Assembly (NCBI GenBank): GCA_945879065.1
Contig: CAMCUU010000001.1
Location: 23,899-87,898, forward strand
Direction: 5' to 3'
DNA from: Francisella tularensis subsp. holarctica
GTDB lineage: Bacteria; Pseudomonadota; Gammaproteobacteria; Francisellales; CACEW01
DNA length: 64,000 nt
Shown here: in pieces, positions 8,918 to 17,073 of the stretch
Layout of the letters: each line of letters starts with the position of its first letter
How positions within the stretch are numbered: position 1 is the stretch's first letter
Notes under the pieces: model-generated
Told to the model about the DNA's origin: nothing
What the model saw: the letters and a program-made list of their open reading frames with translations, nothing else
Database searches by the model: none
Made by a program: the position numbers and the translations under genes

Positions 8918-10690
8918 TTAATGTCCAGGGGCTGCAACTTTAAATAGATACAGCGCCTCGCCGTTGACAGCCTGGATGGGATTGCGTTCGGAATAAATAC
9001 GTATATGCCCCGCCACACCTTTCATTTTTAATTTATAACCTTCAGCAGGATTAAATACAAAACCTTCTGCACCTGCTTTTGGGACGATCTGCCCACGATA
9101 AAAAATCTCTTGAGCTTTTGTAATCACATCATGGGGTATGCTGCTATTACTGGGGATGTCCCAGAGTGCAAATAAGCGTCTTTCAGGCAATAAGCTACTC
9201 GAAAGTGCGATGAGATGAGGACTGTGGTTGGATACATTGGTATAAGTCAAAGTTGACCTACCAGGAATATTCCAGGTAATCGTTGGTGGAGTTGCAGGTG
9301 CACCTATGGGCTCGGCTCTTGGTGTTGCAAATTGTTCAGTAGGCTTGCTTTGTTTTTTTATAGAAGTGTTTACAACGCGATGGCAAGCCTGCTTCGGAAA
9401 TCTTCCAACTTCTTCATCTGAAAAAATTCGACGAACACTTGAGAGATCGGGTTGAAGACTGGGAAGCTCAGTATTAATGATTGTTGTAAATTTAGCCGTG
9501 GAATGTTTTATATCCACTTCTGATAGCAGCGATATTTTTTCAAAATCTTGGATTTTTATTTGAATTAAAGAGGGATTGATAGGCGAAATATTGATCTGCG
9601 CGGATGGAAAATATAAAGCCAAGGCCTCCAGCAACTTTTGTTTTTGAGAGTCTGAAAGAACTAAATCAGCTGGAATAGCCAACTCATAAAGAGATTCAGG
9701 GGCGCCTTTTTCTGCCTCGTTAGAATGTAAAGAAGTGGTTAATCTAAGCGAGCTATGTAGTGCTATGTTTGAAAATAGTTTATTGATGCGGCTAAGCGCG
9801 AGATCAAAATGCTGTATCTTTGGAATGTTCATGAGAATGTTTTGGCAAATGGTTTTTGCTGTTTTTAAAGACAGTGTTCGTAAATTGCAAAGACCTAAAA
9901 TTAATCCCTCTTTGGATTGATCAAAAGCAGTGATTCCGGCGTTTCTAAGTTCGGCAGCCAGTAGTTTTCTAGTATTTTTTTGACACTGAATAGTCCAGTA
10001 GCTCGAAACACTGGAAGATCCATAAATATCAATCGGAGTGAAGTCTAGTTTTAAAATGGGATCTAAAGGCATTAAATCTTTTAACAAGGCGAGGAGCGTC
10101 TTCTTTTGATAATGCCGCTCAACACATCTTCTGAAATAGTCTCCTAGATAAAATGCGAGCTGTACGACCTGACGCAATCCAAAATAAGAATAGAAAAAAA
10201 ACACGACAATATTAGCAGCAGGGTCCTCGAGTAGGTGGTTAATGGATTTTGGTGGATAGATCGAAACCCCTTCAAGAAAAAACATGTTAAATACTGACAT
10301 TGCTGCCACGAATATTTGTGATAATAAAAATAATTTCGTAGAAGGATTTTTATTCGCAGAGCTTCTTTGTTTTGCAACATTTGTAAATCTTGACGGGTCA
10401 ATCATGAGGTCATTTTTTAAACTCAAAGCATCGCTATTAAAAGATCCAAGAATAATCATTCCCGTCATTGGAAAGAGTATTTTCATCATTTCTTCATATA
10501 CTTGTAATGGTCTTCCATTCAGTACCAACAAAGGCAAATAGGAAAAAAATGCCAGGCCTAATAGCTTGAGCTGGTCCTGTTTTTGCGCTTCATATTTTTG
10601 ATAAAGAAATAATGCTCTTTCTTGATCAGCCTTTGAGTTTTTTTCATCATTTGCAAAAAGAGAGCGTCGAATGGGTTCAGGTCTAGCCAT
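8918..10690 (-). CDS. Hypothetical protein with N-terminal hydrophobic segments (orphan, 590 aa)
   Basis: Long uninterrupted ORF. Hydrophobic stretches include LLGLAFFSYLPLLVL, FLLSQIFVAAMSVFNMFFL and IVVFFFYSYFGL. I recognise no family motif. Confidence 0.6.
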   Translation of the reverse strand: MARPEPIRRSLFANDEKNSKADQERALFLYQKYEAQKQDQLKLLGLAFFSYLPLLVLNGRPLQVYEEMMKILFPMTGMIILGSFNSDALSLKNDLMIDPSRFTNVAKQRSSANKNPSTKLFLLSQIFVAAMSVFNMFFLEGVSIYPPKSINHLLEDPAANIVVFFFYSYFGLRQVVQLAFYLGDYFRRCVERHYQKKTLLALLKDLMPLDPILKLDFTPIDIYGSSSVSSYWTIQCQKNTRKLLAAELRNAGITAFDQSKEGLILGLCNLRTLSLKTAKTICQNILMNIPKIQHFDLALSRINKLFSNIALHSSLRLTTSLHSNEAEKGAPESLYELAIPADLVLSDSQKQKLLEALALYFPSAQINISPINPSLIQIKIQDFEKISLLSEVDIKHSTAKFTTIINTELPSLQPDLSSVRRIFSDEEVGRFPKQACHRVVNTSIKKQSKPTEQFATPRAEPIGAPATPPTITWNIPGRSTLTYTNVSNHSPHLIALSSSLLPERRLFALWDIPSNSSIPHDVITKAQEIFYRGQIVPKAGAEGFVFNPAEGYKLKMKGVAGHIRIYSERNPIQAVNGEALYLFKVAAPGH

Positions 10691-10890
10691 ATAAATAATA
10701 TCCGTAATAAAACTTTAAAATTACCAGGCCAGTTGGCCAACTCCAATTTAAATTTCAGCGCATTATTAAAAATGAATTTGCTAGAAGAAAGCGGATAAAA
10801 AAACTAAATAAAATTATTACCTTCCACTTAGCTCAAGAGTTTCACAGAATGTTTTTTAAAAAAAATTAAACAACACATTGGGAGAAAATA

Positions 10891-11721
10891 ATGGCTGGAG
10901 CTGGAGCTGGTGGCGATTTACCTACTGGAGAGATGAGCACTGAAAAAGAATTGTTTAATGCCATCAATCCAGGAAAAACTTTAGAAAAATTTACAAAGTT
11001 ATTAAAAGGATATTCTGGCGACTGGGCAGCGCTCGCAGAAACCTGGAGTGAGGCACCTTTAAAGGAAGACACTTTATCAATAAGAGCCGCTAGAAATAAT
11101 TGTGTAGATATCCTGAATCATCTACTCAGTCTTAAAGCAGCCGCATGCGAAAAACGAGCCTTAGCCAATCAGTCTAAACTTAGCAATGGGGCAACTCCAC
11201 TTTACATTGCCGCTCAGAATGGCCACCTGGAGGTCGTAAACGCGCTCATAGCTGCAGGTGCAGCTGTTGATCAAGCGTGTCATGATGATTGGACAACTCC
11301 GCTTTTCATCGCATCTCAGCATGGCCACACGGACGTCGTAAAAGCGCTCATAGCTGCAAATGCAGCGCTTAATCAAGCGTGTACTTCTAATCTAGCAACC
11401 CCGCTTTTCATCGCGTCTCAGAACGGCCACCTGACAGTCGTAGAAGCGCTTATAAATGCAGGTGCATCTCTTGATCAAATGGATATTTATAATGAAACTC
11501 CGCTTTTGGTCGCCATTAGGAAAGCGCACACAGCTATCGTAGCAATGCTCTTAGAGGAACCGGAAGCAAGACAAAGATTTAGTCCTTTACGCGCAGCATG
11601 GATAAGCGCCGTTGCAAGAACCCTAGGACGTGCAAGATCTGCAACGGCTTTTGCTGGTGCTGGAGCTGGAGCTGATCATAAACGACCGTGTATTGGCCCC
11701 GTTAAATCGGGATTAAGTTGA
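10891..11721 (+). CDS. Ankyrin-repeat protein (paralog of 7796..8851)
   Basis: 276 aa. Four ANK units (TPLYIAAQNGHLEVVNALIAAGAAVDQ, TPLFIASQHGHTDVVKALIAANAALNQ, TPLFIASQNGHLTVVEALINAGASLDQ, TPLLVAIRKAHTAIVAMLL). N-terminus MAGAGAGG. C-terminus RFSPLRAAWISAV...ATAFAGAGAGA. Confidence 0.9.
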   Translation: MAGAGAGGDLPTGEMSTEKELFNAINPGKTLEKFTKLLKGYSGDWAALAETWSEAPLKEDTLSIRAARNNCVDILNHLLSLKAAACEKRALANQSKLSNGATPLYIAAQNGHLEVVNALIAAGAAVDQACHDDWTTPLFIASQHGHTDVVKALIAANAALNQACTSNLATPLFIASQNGHLTVVEALINAGASLDQMDIYNETPLLVAIRKAHTAIVAMLLEEPEARQRFSPLRAAWISAVARTLGRARSATAFAGAGAGADHKRPCIGPVKSGLS

Positions 11722-12568
11722 CTCTTTTATAATGATCTACGGTGATTAAATTTTGCGAGGGGATGTCTTGCCATTCGTCAGTCTCCCCCGTTAATTTTTC
11801 AGAAGAAATTAATACTGCCTCGTTTTGTAAGCCCTGCTTAGGCAGCATCTTGCAAATCCCATGGTTTAAATAAATAAATTCAGACCCTGCGGCATAGTGC
11901 AGCGTCAAAGGCCCATTCTCTGCATATCTTGAGTATCTAACACCGACAATTTGACCCCCATCGGAAATCATCGAATTAATATAAGTCTCGTCTTTGACGC
12001 CCGCTGCATCTTGTAATAATTCCAGTGTTTTTAAAGTCTCGCGCCAGGCCTGAATCATCGGCTCCAGAGAACTGCCCGTATGATTTTTTTCTAATCGATG
12101 AAAATGCGTCAGCCAAAGCATAAATAATACTTCTGAGTCCGTCTGACCTTTGATATGCGAAAAAAATTCAGGATCTAGTTGATTAAATAAAGCCAATTTT
12201 ATTTTCTTAAATCCACCAATACCCCCGTTATGCATCATGAGATATTTCCCATAGTGAAACGGATGGCAATTGACTTGAGACACCGTCCCTTCTTCTGCGG
12301 CTCTGACATGCGCAAAAAAGCAGGGGGATTTAATTTGATGGGACATATTTTTTAAATTGTAATCATTCCAGGCCGGCAGCGCGGAGACAAAAACAGCTGG
12401 GACTTCACTGACATCTGGCACATACCAGGAAATCCCAAAGCCATCTCCATTGATTTTGACATCGGTCTCCATCGCTCCAGCACTTTGCTTAATCAAAGAA
12501 TCTTTAGGCTTACTAATTACATCATTAATTAATAAAGGCTTGCCTAGATAAGCTGCAAATCGGCACAT
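11702..12568 (-). CDS. Class II (Ntn-type) glutamine amidotransferase-like protein, EgtC/YafJ-like
   Basis: 288 aa. It starts with MCRFAAYLG, where Cys2 is the predicted N-terminal nucleophile. Also contains NGDGFGISWY, HPFHYGKYLMMHNGGIGGF and DSEVLF. It is the last gene of the 16917..11702 operon. Confidence 0.85.
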   Translation of the reverse strand: MCRFAAYLGKPLLINDVISKPKDSLIKQSAGAMETDVKINGDGFGISWYVPDVSEVPAVFVSALPAWNDYNLKNMSHQIKSPCFFAHVRAAEEGTVSQVNCHPFHYGKYLMMHNGGIGGFKKIKLALFNQLDPEFFSHIKGQTDSEVLFMLWLTHFHRLEKNHTGSSLEPMIQAWRETLKTLELLQDAAGVKDETYINSMISDGGQIVGVRYSRYAENGPLTLHYAAGSEFIYLNHGICKMLPKQGLQNEAVLISSEKLTGETDEWQDIPSQNLITVDHYKRVNLIPI

Positions 12569-12598
12569 GGGTGTTTATCTCCTGGTTTTTAATTAATT

Positions 12599-13375
12599 TT
12601 AAATTTTTGAGAGTGAAATCTGGATAGAGGCCTGAATAGACTGGGCAATTTGCTCAAAAAGATTTTCTTGAGCCTGGGGTGATGAGCCATGCCAAAGCGC
12701 CTGATTAGTTTCTAACTCAATCCCCAAATAATTATTTTTAAATTGCTTTCTTAAATAACTAGTCAGCCCATCTGAGTTACCCCGATAGGGATAGTTTTTT
12801 CTAGTTTTAAAATTTAATTTTTCTAATTCACCCTGCCAGATCTTGCAGAATTTTTTTTCTAATAAATTTTGAGGGTCATAAAGTAACCCAATGTCTAAGT
12901 CTCTTTTTTTATTATTTAAAACCGGCGTAAACGAATGAATAGAAAGATGAATAACTAGATTATTTTTTTTAATTAAATCACTAATTTTGTTTTCTATTTG
13001 GGCTCTGTAGGGCTTATAAAAATCAGTCATTAAATTAATTTTATTTTCTGGGCTTAAATATTTTTTAGAAAATCTGGAAAATAATTTTGGATGATGGAGA
13101 GATCTATTTAATTCAATCACTAATCTGGAAATCTCAGAATAAAAAAATGGAATTTCACCCTGTCCAGCACGGCGGACAAACAGGTCCGCCCCTACAAGGG
13201 GAGAGACGAAATCACAAGATTCAAAATATTTCACCAAATATTTAGCCAGATCCAAAGCGCCGATATCTAAGCCCTCATGAGAATTTAAAATATTGTCTGG
13301 GATTTTTAAAATATGTTTTAAATTTTCGGGGATTTGATTCCCACCGTGCTCGCAAGTCATTAATAACTTAAACAT
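12599..13375 (-). CDS. N-formylglutamate amidohydrolase family protein
   Basis: 258 aa. Contains LLMTCEHGGNQIPENL, SHEGLDIGALDLAKYL, ISRLVIELNRS and IHLSIHSFTPV, matching my recollection of the FGase family. It contains an in-frame palindromic-element insert (DFVSPLVGADLFVRRAGQGE). Confidence 0.8.
   Translation of the reverse strand: MFKLLMTCEHGGNQIPENLKHILKIPDNILNSHEGLDIGALDLAKYLVKYFESCDFVSPLVGADLFVRRAGQGEIPFFYSEISRLVIELNRSLHHPKLFSRFSKKYLSPENKINLMTDFYKPYRAQIENKISDLIKKNNLVIHLSIHSFTPVLNNKKRDLDIGLLYDPQNLLEKKFCKIWQGELEKLNFKTRKNYPYRGNSDGLTSYLRKQFKNNYLGIELETNQALWHGSSPQAQENLFEQIAQSIQASIQISLSKI
13158..13213 (-). repeat. Palindromic element copy inside the amidohydrolase CDS
   Basis: The reverse strand reads GATTTCGTCTCTCCCCTTGTAGGGGCGGACCTGTTTGTCCGCCGTGCTGGACAGGG. 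It shares the CGTCTCTCCCCTTG module with 1451 and 19235, and the GTAGGGGCGGACCTGT.TGTCCGCC hairpin with 19999..20025. Confidence 0.75.
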
Positions 13376-14633
13376 AAGCCCGACCCTGGTCTAAGCAAAT
13401 TTTTAAATCTTGATAAATTTCTCTGATTTTTTCAGGGCTCGGATCTTTCGAATAATTATTTAAAATTCGCTCAGCAAGGCAGCCAGAATTTAAAATAAGC
13501 TGAATAGATTTTTTAAAAGGCGCCAGATCTTTCCTAGCACTTTTATCTTGATCTAGCTGATTAAAGCAATGCTGCCAAAAGGCTTGCATTGATATTTTCT
13601 CAGCTATTTTTTGATTATTTTTTAAGCCAAATAATTTTAAATATTTTTGATTTTTTAAAATCCCCTCAGAGCCATTTACTACAGCTTCTTGATAAATTTC
13701 AGCTAATTCTAATTCTGAAAAATCAGCCTGCTGATTAAAATCAGCCCATTCTCCAGCCACTAATTTTTTAAGCGTTTCAATAATTAAACAGACAATACTC
13801 AAGTCCATCTGGGGACACTCTTGAATATCTAAAATTCTGATTTCTATAGCCATGCGAGAAAACCGAGCAATAGCACCCCTGGAATTAAGCCACTCATGTT
13901 GTAATAAATTCTCTGGGTCATAAGGCTGAATGGCTTGATATGATTTATTTAAAATTTTTTCCTGGTATTCAGATTGGGAAAACACTAACTCTGGAATAAC
14001 CAAGCCACTAATTTCAGGAATATTTTTCTGGTTATGATTATAAAAATCCAATCTTATATCTTTCACTCCACTCGGTTGGCCATTTAAGAAAGGCGAGCTG
14101 GCAGATAGAGCGGGTAATACTGGCAAAATTAATCGAATCGCTGTGTGTAACAGCTTAAATTCTTGGTCATTAGAAAATGGCAAATTCAAATGCGTGCTTT
14201 GCAAATTCACCCAGCCGTGCCCCTGGCAGTTAAAAATTCGGTCATAAGCGCGGTAAATATCATTGCATTCATGCGGCCAAAGTTTGGCTTTTTTAGGATC
14301 AAACCAAGGATGTGCTGCCGTGGGTAATAGACAAGCTTGGTGAGGTTTTAACTGCTGATTAATGTTTTTTATATTTTCTTGAAAATCTTGCACGGCTTTG
14401 ACTAGATCAGGCGTGGGTCCATTGGTTTTAATCTCTATGACATGTAAAGCCAACTCATTGGACCAGGCAATCGCTCCCTGATCTTTCTCGCCTGTTTCGC
14501 CCAAAATTAAATCAGCCAGCGGGACAATATTTAAATTAATTAAATCAACCAGCATGTACTCCAGCTCAATGCCATAGGCCTGAAATAGTTTTATATTTTT
14601 ATTTAAATTTTTATTTAAATTTTTATCAGTCAT
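13368..14633 (-). CDS. Glutamate-cysteine-ligase family 2 (GCS2) type carboxylate-amine ligase
   Basis: 421 aa. Contains FQAYGIELEYMLVD, HVIEIKT, AAHPW, QSTHLNLPF and LSASSPFLNG..G.KD.RLDFY, typical of YbdK/GCS2-type ligases. Its stop overlaps the next gene's start by 8 nt. Confidence 0.8.
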   Translation of the reverse strand: MTDKNLNKNLNKNIKLFQAYGIELEYMLVDLINLNIVPLADLILGETGEKDQGAIAWSNELALHVIEIKTNGPTPDLVKAVQDFQENIKNINQQLKPHQACLLPTAAHPWFDPKKAKLWPHECNDIYRAYDRIFNCQGHGWVNLQSTHLNLPFSNDQEFKLLHTAIRLILPVLPALSASSPFLNGQPSGVKDIRLDFYNHNQKNIPEISGLVIPELVFSQSEYQEKILNKSYQAIQPYDPENLLQHEWLNSRGAIARFSRMAIEIRILDIQECPQMDLSIVCLIIETLKKLVAGEWADFNQQADFSELELAEIYQEAVVNGSEGILKNQKYLKLFGLKNNQKIAEKISMQAFWQHCFNQLDQDKSARKDLAPFKKSIQLILNSGCLAERILNNYSKDPSPEKIREIYQDLKICLDQGRAYV

Positions 14634-14638
14634 ATTTT

Positions 14639-16159
14639 TTATATTAACTCCAGTGAGCTGGGCTGATGATCTAAACGCGAGGCAAAAACGCCCATGATTT
14701 TTTCATAGAGTTCAGGCCCTAAAATTTTATCTTCAATGCCGTCATCAATATTAGGATTGTCATTAATTTCAATGACGAAAATTTCGCCATCGATTTCTTT
14801 GAGATCTATGCCATATAAACCATTGCCAATCATTCGACTGGCTTTAACGGCAATGTCTAAAACTTTCGGAGGGGTTTTTTCCAGCTCAATACATTCAAAG
14901 CCCCCTATCTGCTCATCGCCCACATCTTGTTTAGACCAGTTGTAAATCTGCCAGTGATCTTTGGCCATGTAATATTTACAAGAAAAAATGGGCTTGCCAT
15001 CTATCACGCCAATTCGCCAGTCATAAGGCGTGGGTAAAAAAGGCTGAATTAAAATCAAATCAGATTTTTCAAAACATAGCTCTGCATGATTTAAAAATTC
15101 TTTTAGATTATTGGCTTTTAAGACCCCCTTGGAAAAAGCCCCGTCTGGTAACTTAATCACACAAGGAAAAAACAACTGGTCTAGATATTCTTTATTTTTA
15201 TAAGTCTTGCGATACAAAATTAAACTCTCTGGCATGGGGATATTTAATTTTCTCAGCATTTCATCTAAATAAATTTTATTACTACAACGAATAATCGATT
15301 TTGGGTCATCCATCACCAACATGCCGTTGACATAAGCCTGGCGAGAAAACCGATAGGTATAATTATTCACGGACGTTGTCACTCGAATAAATAAAGCATC
15401 AAATTCTGAAAGCCTGGAAAAATCACTTTTAGTAATAAATTCCGTTCGAATATTAAATTTCTTTCCAGCCTCTACAAATTTATCCAGAGCTCTTAAATTT
15501 GACGGCGGATTGGTTTCATTAGGTTCAATCAAAATCGCTAATAAATACTGGGGGCAGTTGATTTTTCCAGTAGTAAAAGATTTTTTAGAAAAATAAGAAG
15601 CTGCAATGGGCTTAATTAATTTTAAACTTTTAAAATTATTTATTAATTCTGGCAAAGTGATGGGCTCTATATGCGCAATTTCCCAGCGATTTTTTTTAAA
15701 ATAAAAATTGACTTTAAATAAAGGAAACTGAAATTTTTCAGCTAATTTTTTAGCTAATTTTTCATAATTTTTATTTAAACTTTGGGCAAAATAAATCTCT
15801 AATTCAAAAGTATTATTTTTTATATTTTTTATATTTTTTAAATTATTTCTAAAACTACTTTGAATTAATTCACTTAGATCTTCAGAGACTGTTCTGACAA
15901 TACTTTGAGATTTAATATCGCTAATAGCCGCCATCGAGGGATACGCTAAATCTCCTCGTGCTTCAGCAATTAAAGACACGTAGTAGCCAATAGTCTGGTA
16001 TTTATAAGATTTACAAAAATTAAAAACGCGTGTCTTTCCAGGGATTGTTTTAACTAATGCGCTGGCATTATTTAAATATTCTGTCGCAGAAATGACCTCT
16101 ACTTTTTCAATATCAAAACACCAATTATTTAAGTGATCCACGACAATCAAATGACGCAC
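14639..16159 (-). CDS. RimK-type ATP-grasp ligase with an N-terminal RLAN-like domain
   Basis: 506 aa. The C-terminal half (FPCVIKLPDGAFSKGV, LIQPFLPTPYDWRIGVIDGKPIF, LYGIDLKEIDGEIFVIEINDNPNID) is a RimK-like ATP-grasp. The N-terminal ~170 aa (RVFNFCKSYKYQTIGYYVSLIAEARG) resembles the RimK-like ATP-grasp N-terminal (RLAN) domain as I remember it. Confidence 0.85.
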   Translation of the reverse strand: MRHLIVVDHLNNWCFDIEKVEVISATEYLNNASALVKTIPGKTRVFNFCKSYKYQTIGYYVSLIAEARGDLAYPSMAAISDIKSQSIVRTVSEDLSELIQSSFRNNLKNIKNIKNNTFELEIYFAQSLNKNYEKLAKKLAEKFQFPLFKVNFYFKKNRWEIAHIEPITLPELINNFKSLKLIKPIAASYFSKKSFTTGKINCPQYLLAILIEPNETNPPSNLRALDKFVEAGKKFNIRTEFITKSDFSRLSEFDALFIRVTTSVNNYTYRFSRQAYVNGMLVMDDPKSIIRCSNKIYLDEMLRKLNIPMPESLILYRKTYKNKEYLDQLFFPCVIKLPDGAFSKGVLKANNLKEFLNHAELCFEKSDLILIQPFLPTPYDWRIGVIDGKPIFSCKYYMAKDHWQIYNWSKQDVGDEQIGGFECIELEKTPPKVLDIAVKASRMIGNGLYGIDLKEIDGEIFVIEINDNPNIDDGIEDKILGPELYEKIMGVFASRLDHQPSSLELI

Positions 16160-16194
16160 TATGTCCCTCTCTTTAAATTTTTAATTTTTTAATC

Positions 16195-16917
16195 TTAATC
16201 TTTGGGCCTAATAAATAATAAATTCGCATCGTAAGTTAATTCACCAATCAAAATGGCATTAATTAATCTGGCTATTTTCACTTGATAATAATGCTGAGCC
16301 TTGGGATTTTTACTATAGGGATCGGCTAATAAAACCGTCTTGGAATTAGGCTGATAACCACTAATCACTACAAAATGCCCCATGGGCTCTCCACGAATAT
16401 CGTCATAACAAGACTCTTCGCAATTGCCAGGAATTTCTCTGGCTGAGCGATATAAATAAGTCGCAGAAAGGCCAGTTAAAATAGGCCCATAATCTTCGAG
16501 AGCGGTTTTTAAAAAGCGACTACTGAGATCTTCAGAAATAATTTCTCCGCCTAATTTCAAAAATTGAATATAAGCCTCGGAAGCTTGTTTTATTTTTAAT
16601 TTTTCTTTGCAAAGAATTTGAGCTTCTAATTTTTTAATTAGAAAATTATTTTTATTTTCTGGGGTATTAAAAAACCAAGTCGGGTCAAAAATTTGTAAAT
16701 CCAGGACATTAATCGTCACTTGGTAACCTCTTTTAAGCGCGTGAATGCCTAATAAAACAGCCAAAGTTCCGCCTGTGTTTAAATATTCTACTTCTTGAAT
16801 CACAGACTCTAAGTCAATCTTATCTTGATAAAAATGATAAATAGCGTGAAGACAAGTCGGCCCACAAGTTAAATCATTAGGCTGAGAAAGAATTTTTAAC
16901 TTCTTTATTTTCTGCAT
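16195..16917 (-). CDS. Papain-fold cysteine peptidase, C39-like (no fused ABC transporter)
   Basis: 240 aa. QPNDLTCGPTCLHAIYHFY gives a Gln six residues before the Cys, as in C39 peptidases. GHFVVISGY supplies the candidate His and LLADPY the candidate Asp. It is the first gene of the operon. Confidence 0.6.
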   Translation of the reverse strand: MQKIKKLKILSQPNDLTCGPTCLHAIYHFYQDKIDLESVIQEVEYLNTGGTLAVLLGIHALKRGYQVTINVLDLQIFDPTWFFNTPENKNNFLIKKLEAQILCKEKLKIKQASEAYIQFLKLGGEIISEDLSSRFLKTALEDYGPILTGLSATYLYRSAREIPGNCEESCYDDIRGEPMGHFVVISGYQPNSKTVLLADPYSKNPKAQHYYQVKIARLINAILIGELTYDANLLFIRPKD

Positions 16918-17073
16918 CCCCAGACCCCTATAAAAAATAAAATAAAAAACAAAAATAAAAACAGGCGCCGAGTATAGAGATTAAATATTTTAAAAAAATC
17001 TCAAAACTCTTGATTTAAGTAGTCAAGATCCTGTAAAAAGCCACTCCCCAAAAATACAGATGAAACATTCAAA

